This document shows positions 12,901 through 26,599 of a stretch of DNA of 64,000 nt, piece after piece; position 1 is the stretch's first letter; every line of letters starts with the position of its first letter. The stretch is from assembly GCF_902652985.1 (NCBI RefSeq), contig NC_047029.1:3410001-3474000 (forward strand), read 5' to 3'. Made by a program: the position numbers and the translations under genes. This DNA is from Pecten maximus (Eukaryota). The notes below the pieces were generated by a model, which was not told the origin of the DNA, did no database searches, and saw only the letters and a list, made by a program, of their open reading frames with translations.

Positions 12901-15900
12901 AAGATGCATGTTTGTGTTGTGTGTGTGTTTTGGGAGCTGGCTGCGGTGTGTTCCTGAACTACCAACTTATCTCGTGCTACCTCGCTGAAGCATTACAGTA
13001 CTGCCAAAGACAACCAGCAGAACAACTCACCTATCGTATTATACTGCCTACAGGCAAATCGGTTGTCCTACTCCCAAAAATGATGAGAGCTGTAAGCAGG
13101 AGTAAGCCCTGGGAGAGAAATTCAACAAAATATCCAGTCAAATTAAAGTTTCCATTTCAACTGGTGTGCTACAAGTGGCTATACATAGCAGACAGTAAAA
13201 TGGCTGAAAAATCAAAAATGAAAAAAAAAAAATTCAATAAAGAATTTTTCAACATAGCAGTGAATTCTTACTCATCTGCTACAGTATATTAAAGGAGATA
13301 GTCAGAATAATTGGACTAGGGTAACATATTTGAAGTTCACCTAACTGACCATGAAAATGTATAGAGGTCACTACCCATCCACATTGGTTTTTTTCCAGGA
13401 AGTAATTTAAGACCCTGTGTGTCCTTTCGTCCATGCCATTTAGAGTGATTGATTATATTCCATGTTGATTTTGTAACTTATTTCGCAATTGTAAAATAGA
13501 TAAAATTTATAACTTTGGTTTAACTTTTGTCTCCATGCAGGACAGACGGAGGACCCAGCGTTCGCGTCCTATGTCAGGTGTATCCAGGAAAGGAAGTATT
13601 CCATCCTCATCTTCCACTGACAAGGAATCGTCTTCAGTGATATCAAATAACAAGGAACCTTTGTTAGTGACACCAAAAACTGACCTGGAAAGTATAGATA
13701 CACTGATCTCTAAGCCGATAGAGCACCGTAAATCTATACAAAATGTCTTAAATGTTGATACTCCTGTGAAATCTGGGAAGATGAGCCGTCGTCAGAACTC
13801 TTTTGAGAAGGAGGAGACTCACTATAGTGTTGATAAATCAAGTATCAGTAAAAATTCGTCCTCACGGGATTCACAGCCACAGAGGTAGGTAGAATCACAG
13901 CCACAGAGGTAGGTAGTTCAGTGTATACCATAGGTCATAATTAAACAATTGTTTGACTTTACAAGTTTTCCTCTTCCTTAAAATTTTTTCAACAAAATGA
14001 TTTTATTTTTTTTAGTAGGCCTTCCTCTTTTAAATCTACCTCAACCAAAGTTGGTGATGTGGAGATTGGAGATGTGGATGACCTTGACAATGAAGTTTCA
14101 AACCTTGACCTTGGGCCGAGACTTCCTGTAGGACGACCAATTCAAAACCTTGTGGCTGCTCGGCCTATAACTCTACAGACAGCTGTTGTAAGTCTTGTCA
14201 GCTGTTTTGTAATCTTTTTCAGCAGTTTAAAGATATCAAGACATCCAGACATGGTGTCAGGGCCAGAGGAAACTCAGGCTAGCCCTACACCAGACATGGT
14301 GTTGGGTCCAGAGGAAATTTGGGATACTACAGGGTATCATTTGGCTTTATGCTAAGCATTTCATTCTATGCAGCTGTACAAAATAATTGGCATATATGCA
14401 GGGAAGTAATTTTGCAAAAGACTGGTGCAACTACTACAGAAAAAACAATAACTCTCATATGATTCACAATTTGTTTAAGTCAAAAACAATGATATTTTTA
14501 AATCATATATACATGTATGTGCTTAATGGCCCTAATTAGTGGCTTACCTGGTGTCAATGTCATAATTAACAAAGATAAACAATAAACATGTTTCTGTTTT
14601 ATCTTTGTGTCTTATTTACAGAATCTGAAGACGATCATATTTGGCCATGCCAACCAGAACTTTAATGATGAGTGGCGGTACCAGAGCTTTACTTTCTGTG
14701 ATCTTCCTAGTCTCAAATTCGGCATTGTACAGAAAAAGGTCAGATTTAGATATCTAATGCTTGGTTTCTGGCAATAAGATTGAGATTATATATAATCTTA
14801 CGATATTCTCAATAACCAAATTATATAACATTAACTAATTATAAGATCATTAAGATTCATGACTGTAGTATACATGTATGTAATTTATTATGAACTTCTG
14901 TACAATATATGAATCCTACTGTCACAAAGCTAACATGTGACGGGCCATGGTACTTATAGGGTGGACCATGTGGTGTATTGGCAGCTGTTCAGGCCTGTGT
15001 CCTACGGGAGATGCTGTTTGGTGACACTCCGGTACCATTCAGTAGATTGTAAGTAAATTTAGAATAAGTCAACTGTTTTGTAGATTCTATCACTACTGTA
15101 GTGGATTTGTATCTTTATTGTGTTTCAGTCATGAACAGTTGATGTATTTGTATTGTTTATAGCAGTGACCCCAGTATAGACGAGCGTAGTGGCTGCCTGG
15201 CGACAGCTCTGGCACGAATCTTCTGGAGGGCCGGTGAGAATAAGACAGCAGTTGTAGTCCTGTAAGTGGCGCACACGATACACATATAAATATTGACATA
15301 ATTTTTATTATGTTTATAAGGTTTAAATGTCCACATATGATATTGTTGGATACAGAGTTTTGAAGAAAAATATCATCAGTTCCCTAAGTACTGTCTAAAT
15401 GTGTACTGAAAAATCTAGAAGGTCTATATATGTACAGAAAAATCTTAAATGCCTAAGGCAGTATAGAAAAAACTTAAATGCCTAAAGCCGTACTGTTGAT
15501 TTAATATTTTGCTGTAGAAAATAATTTTTTAATGTTCATTCGGAGTGCCTGTTTCAAGTTTATTTTCTTATATGCTGTTACAGTAGCAAAAAGCTACATT
15601 TTGTTTTTAACAGTACCAGATGATCTTTTGTTACTTTATATCATTTCCTATCAGTGAAAAGCTTATTATAAGTGATAGTGACATGGATTGATTGTCTGAA
15701 TTTAAACTGTATTTTCAGTCCATCATGATGTTTTTGTCTTGCTGTTGATCAGTATTCGACTTCAGTTGTTAAATCTAACTTTCAGTCCTTCAGGAAAACC
15801 TCAGTTCCAGACAGGGAAAGGGAAATTTAAACAAGACGATTTAACAGAAACGGTAAATAAAGTCTCTTGTGTTCATTCCTTCATTAAGTCACTGCATCTT

Positions 15901-18900
15901 AATTCGCTGCCAAGGGAAGACATCAATATCAACCCTGCAAACTCTGCCAAAGTCTGAAATACTTTACACCATTTTACAAGGGTCACCAATTAGGGCTTTT
16001 CCAGTAAAACATCTACCCCACCCCAGGACTCCAGTTTTGTTAGGGATATCCCAGTAAAACATCTACCCCACCCCAGGACTCCAGGTTTGTTAGGGTTATC
16101 CCAGTAAAACATCTACCCCACCCCAGGACTCCAGGTTTGTTAGGGTTATCACAGTAAAACATCTACCTCACCCCAGGACTCCAGGTTTGGTTAAGGGCTT
16201 TCCCAGTAAAACATCTACCCCACCCCAGGACTCCAGGTTTGTTAGGGTTATCCCAGTAAAACATCTACCCCACCCCAGGACTCCAGGTTTGTTAGGGTTA
16301 TCACAGTAAAACATCTACCTCACCCCAGGACTCCAGGTTTGTTAGGGCTATCCCAGTAAAACATCTACCTCACCCCAGGACTCCAGGTTTGGTTAAGGGT
16401 TATCCCAGTAAAACATCTACCCCACCCCAGGACTCCAGGTTTGTTAGGGCTATCCCAGTAAAACATCTACCTCACCCCAGGACTCCAGGTTTGGTTAAGG
16501 GTTATCCCAGTAAAACATCTACCCCACCCCAGGACTCCAGGTTTGTTAGGGTTATCCCAGTAAAACATCTACCCCACCCCAGGACTCCAGGTTTGGTTAA
16601 GGGTTATCCCAGTAAAACATCTACCCCACCCCAGGACTCCAGGTTTGTTTAAGGGTTATCCCAGTAAAACATCTACCCCACCCCAGGACTCCAGGTTTGG
16701 TTAAGGGCTATCCCAGTAAAACATCTACCCCACCCCAGGACTCCAGGTTTGGTTAAGGGCTATCCCAGTAAAACATCTACCCCACCCCAGGACTCCAGGT
16801 TTGTTAAGGGCTATCCCAGTAAAACATCTACCCCACCCCAGGACTCCAGGTTTGTTTAAGGGTTATCCCAGTAAAACATCTACCCCACCCCAGGACTCCA
16901 GGTTTGGTTAAGGGCTATCCCAGTAAAACATCTACCCCACCCCAGACTCCAGGTTTGGTTAAGGGCTATCCCAGTAAAACATCTACCCCACCCCAGGACT
17001 CCAGGTTTGTTAGGGCTATCCCAGTAAACATCTACCCCACCCCAGGACTCCAGGTTTGTTAGGGTTATCCCAGTAAAACATCTACCCCACCCCAGGACTC
17101 CAGGTTTGTTAAGGGCTATCCCAGTAAAACATCTACCCCACCCCAGGACTCCAGGTTTGTTAGGGTTATCCCAGTAAAACATCTACCCCACCCCAGGACT
17201 CCAGGTTTGTTAAGGGCTTTCCCAGTAAAACATCTACCCCACCCCAGGACTCCAGGTTTGTTAAGGGCTATCCCAGTAAAACATCTACCCCACCCCAGGA
17301 CTCCAGGTTTGTTTAAGGGCTATCCCAGTAAAACATCTACCCCACCCCAGGACTCCAGGTTTGGTTAAGGGCTATCCCAGTAAAACATCTACCCCACCCC
17401 AGGACTCCAGGTTTGTTAGGGTTATCCCAGTAAAACATCTACCCCACCCCAGGACTCCAGGTTTGTTAAGGGCTATCCCAGTAAAACATCTACCCCACCC
17501 CAGGACTCCAGGTTTGTTAAGGGCTATCCCAGTAAAACATCTACCCCACCCCAGGACTCCAGGTTTGTTAAGGGCTATCCCAGTAAAACATCTACCCCAC
17601 CCCAGGACTCCAGGTTTGGTTAAGGGTTATCCCAGTAAAACATCTACCCCACCCCAGGACTCCAGGTTTGTTAGGGTTATCCCAGTAAAACATCTACCCC
17701 ACCCCAGGACTCCGGGTTTGGTTAAGGGGTACCCCCTATAGAATTTATTGATTCAGAATAAATTACATAGAAGTAGTAGGAAGGTAATCCAACCATGTAT
17801 AGAGGTGATTTATTGTGTAGTCTTGGGGTCAGGTAGTTATTTCAATAGCCATAAGAAGTTTAGAATGAACCAACAAATTAGACAAAGCTACATGCCTTTA
17901 ATTCATTTCCTTCATTGTTAACTTACAGTTGATGATCAACCACTTTAAAACTCATGCAGAACTGAAGAGTTTTGTCACCCAGAATTTGAGTCAGGCGAGT
18001 ATCAGAATTGATGTGTGTTGTATTTTTGTCAAACTGTGACGAAGGAATGGAAGCAGGACTATTAAAGGTGTTACTTTTTCACTTGAATCCACACCAATGC
18101 TACGACTGTACAATTCAAAACAGTCTGAAAAAGAGATTTGGAATACTTATTTATCAAATCTATTACAAAATTTTGTAAAGTTTAAAAATTGTCTAACATT
18201 TCAAGCATATAAATATAACAATCATGCATTGAAAACTAGAAATAACTCTGCCTGTGTTTTGTGTTGACAGTTTGAGCTGGATGGTACAAGTGGAGTGATT
18301 CTGGCTCTGTACTCATGTATCATGTCCAGATTTATGGATTTGTAAGTATCATCGAATATAGTTCGGTGCTATAAAATGTCAAATACCATCAGAGAATACT
18401 GACAAAATAACGAACTTCTTGAAAGTTATTTAAAGGAAATTTCAAATCTCTATATATCTTTCAGTGTATATCGATAAAGGTTATATAATTATATGGTTTA
18501 ATTTATTGGTTTTAAATCCCAATCCTTTTTCTTGTAATTAACAATTCATCAACTTGAAGTTAGTGTTTACTTATGTAAAGATTATATTTCTTACAGAGTA
18601 AGAAGTGATATGGATGAACCATCAGGTAAACTGATGGGAGCCCATGGATACTGTACCCAGGTAAGTCATATGCACCCAGGCATGTACATGTATTATAAGT
18701 AATGTGTTCCCAGGTACAGGTACAGTAATATGTTCCCATGTACATGTAAGTAATGTGTTCCCAGGTACATTTAAGTAATGTGTTCCCATGTACATGTAAG
18801 TAATGTGTTCCCAGGTACATGTAAGTCATGTGTACCCAGGTACAGTAATATGTTCCCAGGTACATGTAAGTAATGTGTACCCAGGTACATGTAAGTAATG

Positions 18901-21900
18901 TGTTCCCAGGTACATGTAAGTAATGTGTACCCAGGTAAGTAATATGTTCCCAGGTACATGTAAGTAATGTGTTCCCAGGTACATGTAAGTAATGTGTTCC
19001 CAGGTACATGTAAGTAATGTGTACCCAGGTAAGTAATATGTTCCCAGGTACATGTAAGTAATGTGTTCCCAGGTACATGTAAGTAATGTGTTCCCAGGTA
19101 CATGTAAGTAATGTGTTCCCAGGTACATTTAAGTAATATGTTCCCAGGTACATGTAAGTGATATGTTCCCAGGTACATGTAAGTGATGTGTTCCCAGGTA
19201 CATGTAAGTAATGTGTTCCCAGGTACATGTAAGTAATGTGTTCCCAGGTACATGTAAGTGATGTGTTCCCAGGTACATGTAAGTAATGTGTTCCCAGGTA
19301 CCGTACATGTAAGTGATATGTTCCCAGGTACATGTAAGTGATGTGTTCCCAGGTACATGTAAGTAATGTGTTCCCAGGTACATATAAGTAATGTGTTCCC
19401 AGGTACATGTAAGTGATGTGTTCCCAGGTACATATAAGTAATGTGTTCCCAGGTAAGTGATATGTTCCCAGGTACATGTAAGTAATATGTTCCCAGGTAC
19501 ATGTAAGTGATGTGTTCCCAGGTGCATGTAAGTGATGTGTTCCCAGGTACATATAAGTAATGTGTTCCCAGGTAAGTGATATGTTCCCAGGTACATGTAA
19601 GTAATATGTTCCCAGGTACATGTAAGTGATGTGTTCCCAGGTACATGTAAGTAATATGTTCCCAGGTACATGTAAGTAATATGTTCCCAGGTACATGTAA
19701 GTGATGTGTTCCCAGGTACATGTAAGTAATGTGTTCCCAGGTACATGTAAGTAATATGTTCCCAGGTACATGTAAGTAATGTGTTCCCAGGTACATGTAA
19801 GTGATGTGTTCCCAGGTACATGTAAGTAATGTGTTCCCAGGTACATTTAAGTAATGTGTTCCCATGTACATGTAAGTAATGTGTTCCCAGGTACATGTAA
19901 GTCATGTGTACCCAGGTACAGTAATATGTTCCCAGGTACATGTAAGTAATGTGTACCCAGGTACATGTAAGTAATGTGTTCCCAGGTACATGTAAGTAAT
20001 GTGTTCCCAGGTACATGTAAGTAATGTGTTCCCAGGTACATGTAAGTAATGTGTTCCCAGGTACATGTAAGTAATGTGTTCCCAGGTACATGTAAGTAAT
20101 GTGTACCCAGGTAAGTAATATGTTCCCAGGTACATGTAAGTAATGTGTTCCCAGGTACATGTAAGTAATGTGTTCCCAGGTACATGTAAGTAATGTGTAC
20201 CCAGGTTAGTAATATGTTCCCAGGTACATGTAAGTAATGTGTTCCCAGGTACATGTAAGTAATGTGTTCCCAGGTACATTTAAGTAATATGTTCCCAGGT
20301 ACATGTAAGTGATGTGTTCCCAGGTACATGTAAGTAATGTGTTCCCAGGTACATGTAAGTAATGTGTTCCCAGGTACATGTAAGTGATGTGTTCCCAGGT
20401 ACATGTAAGTAATGTGTTCCCAGGTACCGTACATGTAAGTGATATGTTCCCAGGTACATGTAAGTAATGTGTTCCCAGGTACATATAAGTAATGTGTTCC
20501 CAGGTACATGTAAGTGATGTGTTCCCAGGTACATATAAGTAATGTGTTCCCAGGTAAGTGATATGTTCCCAGGTACATGTAAGTAATATGTTCCCAGGTA
20601 CATGTAAGTGATGTGTTCCCAGGTGCATGTAAGTGATGTGTTCCCAGGTACATATAAGTAATGTGTTCCCAGGTAAGTGATATGTTCCCAGGTACATGTA
20701 AGTAATATGTTCCCAGGTACATGTAAGTGATGTGTTCCCAGGTACATGTAAGTAATATGTTCCCAGGTACATGTAAGTAATATGTTCCCAGGTACATGTA
20801 AGTGATGTGTTCCCAGGTACATGTAAGTAATGTGTTCCCAGGTACATGTAAGTAATATGTTCCCAGGTACATGTAAGTAATGTGTTCCCAGGTACATGTA
20901 AGTGATGTGTTCCCAGGTACATGTAAGTAATATGTTCCCAGGTACAAGTAAGTTATATGTTTGGTAGGTTTTGTTTTTATGAAGCAAGTATACATACATG
21001 TATGTTTTGCTTTAGAGTAATGATGTTTTTGATGTACAGGACATGGTGAATCTGATAATGACTGGCAGGGCAGTGTCTAATGTGTTCAATGATGTTGTTG
21101 AGCTGGAATCTGGTGACGGCTCCCCTGGCACCATCCTGAAGGGCCCCAACACCCGCTCCGACACAGGCCTGTTATCTCTCTTTGAGCATTATGGATCCTG
21201 CCAGGTACATTTTATTTAATTATTTTCTTAAACATAACTTTTAAATAGGATTACTGTGAAAAACATGTGAAAAACATGTTAAATAGTCCATGCTTCCCTA
21301 TCTTAAGGTTGTCTTGTACAGATTTTATCTGATTATATGTTGACAGGTGGGGACGTACCTGAAGACACCACGTTTCCCTATCTGGGTGATTTGCAGTGAG
21401 AGCCATTTCAGTGTCCTATTCTCTTTGAATAAAGAGTTGGTCAGTAACTGGAAGGCAGAGCGAAGGTTTGACCTATTCTACTACGACGGCCTGGCCAGAC
21501 AGCAGGAACTTATCAAGCTGACCATTGGTCAGTATATATCAGTACTATGATTATCTGGTCATTAGTTCCCAACCAGTGAAAGCAAGGGGACTATTGGTTT
21601 CCTCTCTGTCCGTCTTGTACGTATGTACAGACATATGAACGTAACGCCAAAGTTTGTCACCACTCTCGTGGCTTCATTCTCTGAGGAATTTTGATGAAAA
21701 TTGTACACAATGATTTATATTAAAGGACCATAATATCTCCGACATGTTCGAGTTTCATGGTTTTGGGGTCCAGTTCACTGTCTATTTATAAGGTGGGAGG
21801 GGCGTTCTGGGACATGTATTGCTTTACCCAATATGCTTGTATTTGTTGGTCGATATCATAGCTGGAATGATCTGTCATCAGTTGATGGTACTTGTACCTC

Positions 21901-23039
21901 CACAATGGAATTTAATCAATGTAGGTACAGTGATAGAAATCAGGGCATCTATCCCTGTTGGTGGACAGGTTTAACCATCGCTACTTAACAATAATGTACT
22001 GACCTCATTACCAAACTTTGTTTTTTTACTGTAAATTTATTTTTTCTACCACTACTTAACTTATTGGCAAATAGTTCATTAAACTTGTTAGTATTATGAG
22101 TATATCATGTATTCAGTATCTTAAGTGAATAGTGGTTGTGTGATGTGATTTGTTTGATCTGACATTTTTCATGGGAAATATATGTCTCTATTTTGACATG
22201 AAAGGTGTGTATTTAGTTACCTGGTCTATTGCATTTCTGGATTTCTGTGTTGCAGACACGACAATGAAATACGAAAAAGGAGAAGAGGACTTAGTGCCCC
22301 CAATGGAACACTGCATTAGAACCAAGTAAGTTTTCTTCTTCCAGCTACAACCTATAATACCTTATCACTACATACTCCTTATTAATCCTCTACCAGAAGG
22401 ACTTTTGAACAATTATGTTTCCTCTTCATCTGTCTTGTACGTATGTACTTAACGCCGAAGTTTGTTGGTTCTCTAGTGGTTTCATTCCTTGAGGGATTTT
22501 GATCAAACTTCTCATAACAAAAAAGACTATAGTATACTATATCGGGAAGTTCAACTTTCAGGGTTTTTGGGTCAAGGTTAAGATCACTGTTACTATTTTA
22601 GCAGGGGCTGGCTAGGCACATATATTGCTTTAGTAACAAAAACCCAGTATGTTTCTGCAGTATAAACCTCCACCAAAGTTTTTCTTGAGTAACATTGAGA
22701 TGCTTGTGAGATCAAGACTAATTATTTTTTGTCAGAATTTCATAAATCTCCAAGTGGCTACTTATACTAAGATAACTGTACATGTAGCAGGCTACTTGTA
22801 ATTTCTTGATAGCTTCACTAGAGGCTTGGGATCAACCCAGGTCCTCTGTTTCACTAGTCTGATGTAGAGATGCAGACAAATTGTCCCTAGGTAATCATGG
22901 GTTGGAAGGGAGGGGCAAGTAGTCTACCAGGGTGACGTCAATAGTTTTACTGATTCTGTGGTTTATGTATGATAATTATAATATTTACAGGTGGAAAGGT
23001 TGTGTTGTTGACTGGAATGGAACAGAACCATTGTTATGA
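9981..23039 (+). CDS. MINDY4: Ubiquitin carboxyl-terminal hydrolase MINDY-4 (FAM188B), about 718-720 aa, 17 coding exons
   Basis: Exons: 9981-10043, 10990-11109, 11737-11971, 12620-12810, 13541-13884, 14019(or 14016)-14187, 14622-14738, 14960-15048, 15166(or 15163)-15261, 15786-15852, 17929-17994, 18271-18341, 18597-18660, 21040-21204, 21347-21527, 22256-22325, 22991-23039; all phases join. N-terminus [26 protein letters not shown], catalytic Cys motif [14 protein letters not shown], His motif [16 protein letters not shown]-terminus [20 protein letters not shown]. Confidence 0.95.
15990..17730. repeat. Minisatellite, 49-51-bp unit (TTAGGGYTATCCCAGTAAAACATCTACCCCACCCCAGGACTCCAGGTTTG), about 35 copies, MINDY4 intron 10
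   Basis: Directly visible; the ORFs called here are repeat translations. Confidence 0.97.
18652..20950. repeat. Minisatellite, 25-bp unit (TGTTCCCAGGTACATGTAAGTAATG) with 19-bp variants, about 90 copies, MINDY4 intron 13
   Basis: Directly visible; begins at the exon 13 donor TGTACCCAG|GTAAGT. Confidence 0.97.
21560..21845 (+). mobile_element. Degenerate short HINE-like element (a related copy lies at ~22380-22650)
   Basis: TTAGTTCCC..GGGGACTA start, GTCCGTC microsatellite, GTATTGCTT end; shares TCTTGTACGTATGTAC..AACGCC.AAGTTTGT with the second copy and resembles 42621-42922. Confidence 0.55.
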
Positions 23040-23369
23040 CAAGGGAAAACTCATCATATACAACTGGAATACCAAAGAATATTTCTCATATTTGTTGATC
23101 TTACAGTGGAATTGTTAAACACAGTCATGATCAGAGTACCAATGTATGATGTTAAGATAAACCAGGATAGAAGTACCTGTACAGTGATGGCATTTACAAA
23201 TGGCTGCTGACAAGGATACTGTAACAGGTTTTTTATAATATGGAGGATAAAGCTTACAGTTATATAGAACACCGGTGACTCATCAGGGTCTAGGATCATC
23301 AGAACAAATAGCTTTAATATTAACTATAAAGCCATGGATATGAAATGCTGTTTGTAAAATGAAGCAGAA

Positions 23370-24290
23370 ATTAGCAATACAGAACCCTGTGATACATAAC
23401 AAACAATACAAAACCCTGTGTTACAAAACAAGCAATACAGGGTCCTGTGTCATACAAAACCAAGTCTGTGATACAGAATCCTGTGTGTCATTCAAAATAT
23501 AATCAAACCTCCACAATAAAGAACCCTGTGTGTTATACAAAATCGACCCTCAACGATGCAGAACCCGGTGTCATTCAAAATCAACCATGTGTAACCAAAC
23601 AGACTTAACAGGACTCCTTGTATCATATTCAATTATGGAATACATGTACCCTGCTGAGTTTAATACTGGAAACCAAGTCAGTAATACTGGAACCTGTTTG
23701 TCATACAAAACAAAGTCAGTGATACTGGAATCTGAATGTCATACAAAACCAGGTCAATTAATAGGACCCTGTGTATCATACCAAACCAAGTTAAAAATGC
23801 AGAACCCTGTGTGTCATACAAAACAAACAATACAGGACCCTCTGTTATTTAAAACCAAGTCAGTGATTCTGGATCCTGTGTCAAATAAAACTAACAGTCG
23901 GTGGTACAAAAATTGTAGAAGACCCTGTGTATCATACCAAACCAAGTCAACAATACAGGCCCCTGTGTTATATATATTAGTCAACAATACAGGACCCTGT
24001 GTTATATATATTAGTAAAACAATACAGGACCCTGTGTTATATATATACATCAGTCAACAATAAAGGCCCCTGTGTTAGATATACACATTAGTCAACAATA
24101 CAGGCCCCTGTGTTTCATACATATACATCAGTCAACCATACAGGACCCTGTGTCATACAAGCCAACAGTTAATGATATAGGACCCTGTGTATCATGCATA
24201 TATATCAGTTAACAATACAGGGCCCTGTGTGGCAAATAACACTACCGGGATAAGTCTATGATCAAAACCCTGTGTGATATACAAAACCAA
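23370..24290. repeat. Degenerate tandem array with core AATACAGGACCCTGTGT, just downstream of the MINDY4 stop
   Basis: The core recurs roughly every 30-40 bp. Confidence 0.8.
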
Positions 24291-26599
24291 TAGTCAATGA
24301 AAAAGAATTATAATCATACAAAACATAACAATACTTAAGTAATGCCATACACCAGTCATATAACATGATGTATGTGTATGATTTATAACAATGAAGTATG
24401 TACATACAATTCAACAGAAAATAGTGTCTTTGTGTATGTATTGGTACAAAATTTAACTTGTAAGATCTAGATCTATACCCGGTATATAATTATGAGAAGC
24501 AATACTAAGTGTGATTATTCAATAGAAGGTTAAAAATATAGAATGTAATAAATGTACATTTATTATTATACAGCAATACAACAACCTGCTGAACTAGATA
24601 TAAAGCAATTAATCGTTGGTGCTTCAGTTGAGTACTGAAGAATTATAAGACTCTATGAGCAATAACTTGTTAACACAGGGGTTTGAAGCGTTCCTTTTAC
24701 CCAGAATGAAATTTTTATCCCAGGGTCTGACCCCAACACAGATCTGTGGTTTAGCTGCTGTGGTTAATATTTCACTCTGGGTCATAGGAATGTGTCAAGT
24801 CCCTATGGTTATCAAAAGTTTGATTTTCTTACTGTGAAATCAAGTACATTGTACATTTGATCAATGATACTGACCCTTGTGCCAATATACCAGTATCATC
24901 TTGCTGCAGAGGGTTGACCGATACTTGGGGTAAAATGTTATCATCATTTGATATTGGATTGATTAATTATACCTGTCCATAATGATATTCAGGGGGAAAC
25001 TTTACTTGGATTTACTGTCAAATATTTTTACAATAAATGAGAGTGCATTGGTTACAAATAGAATTTAACCCTGTTGTTTTAGGAGTTTTATAATCTTTAT
25101 TGATATTGGATTTGATTCAGTTGTTATTTTCCCTTACTCTTTATTGAAATGTAGTACAGTCATATTCTAATTATATAAGATTTCACCATAACTTGCTAAC
25201 ACTAGTAAATGAAATATGATATGCATCCAGAGCATGCAAAAGAACATGATATTTAGAAATGTTTATTTCAAAAGTTGGCTGGACATATATAAAAGTTAAC
25301 CCCAGGGATAGGAGATCAAAGTTTACTATGGTAATGGGTCCTCTAGTAGTCCATGTAGATTGTCCAGGTGAAATATTATTATTGTATGCTTTTTCACTGA
25401 TACTGATCGATGTGTTCATCCATGTAAATAGTAATAAGTAATGTAATTTGTGATGTGAGAATCTGAAAGAATTATAATGAAAATATAATGATTTCCATCT
25501 TTTACATTAACTTTTAAATTAGAGAGCTGTATTTATTTTATTTAAAATTTATTAATTATTGCTTATAAGATCTAAGTGTTGCCAATTAATGTTTGCTCTA
25601 TATGCTACATCTATATATGCTACATGTTTTGTAGGGCCGAAGTGTTGCCAATGTATTTACATGCTGTATTTTGACTCCCTGTTTTTTCAGTTGACCTTGA
25701 AGGTCATGTGATGTATGCAAAAAAGTATGGGTGCCAAATATGTAAACACACTATTATAATGCTCTTCAAACCAGAGTGCCGTCCAATCTCACTCAGAGTA
25801 GAATATATCATTCTCCTCAGACAGAGCTGATGTAGTTATTACAGACTCTTTGTGGTGTGTGTGTTAGAACTCGTTTGTGTTCTTGTTGATGAATTTTTAG
25901 AAGTTGTTGTTGTATAGTTATCATCAATTATGTGAATGATGTGTGATGTCACCAAATGTTGTGTAGTAGAAATGTGCATGTATTGAATGTATTATGTCAC
26001 GAAAAGTGTGAAGTTTAAGATGTAATTAAAGTTATCTTGGATATATGTGTTTGTGATCAAATAAGTTACTATTTGAATGTGAAATAAAAATGATGTTGTT
26101 TGAAATATGTGACTGACTTGACTGTGAAGCTACACTTGGTCAAAACATGTACTTGACTTATCCCCTTTTCGTACAGCTAGGCTATATATATGTACATGTA
26201 TGTAGTGTACTGTTGACTTTGCATGTGTTTATATCAAAATCAGAATATCTTCCTTTTGTCTTTGCTTTGTACAAGATGTAATTAATATTTAATTAGATAT
26301 TGCTAAATTATGTCACAAAATGTTGCTGAAAAGGTGATATTGTTTAGATAGTTATATTATTTCAAATCTTCAAATAAAATATTATACCCAAAGAAAAACT
26401 TTATTCAAAACCTGTACAGTAATATCTGTGGAGATTTGTATGTGATAAAATAATATGGAACATATGCTGGTTTCATAGGTTGGGGTTGTGATGATGACTT
26501 CTACAAGCTTTATGATGTAGAGTCATCTTCAAGTGCCCAGTCAATGTAAATGTGAAATTTATTTATTTCACAACAATTGCGAAACAAGCTATACTAACC

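Noticed and set aside
12840-13292. 150-codon ORF
   Set aside because: Lies within MINDY4 intron 4, has a non-ATG start, no recognisable motif, and is not needed for phase continuity
16389-17741. ORFs with [12 protein letters not shown] repeats; TTAGGG as telomere sequence
   Set aside because: Satellite translations; TTAGGG occurs singly per unit, not as a telomeric tract
18560-20999. Long - strand ORFs of up to 428 aa ([14 protein letters not shown] repeats)
   Set aside because: They are translations of a 25-bp minisatellite, open in several frames, lying antisense inside a MINDY4 intron
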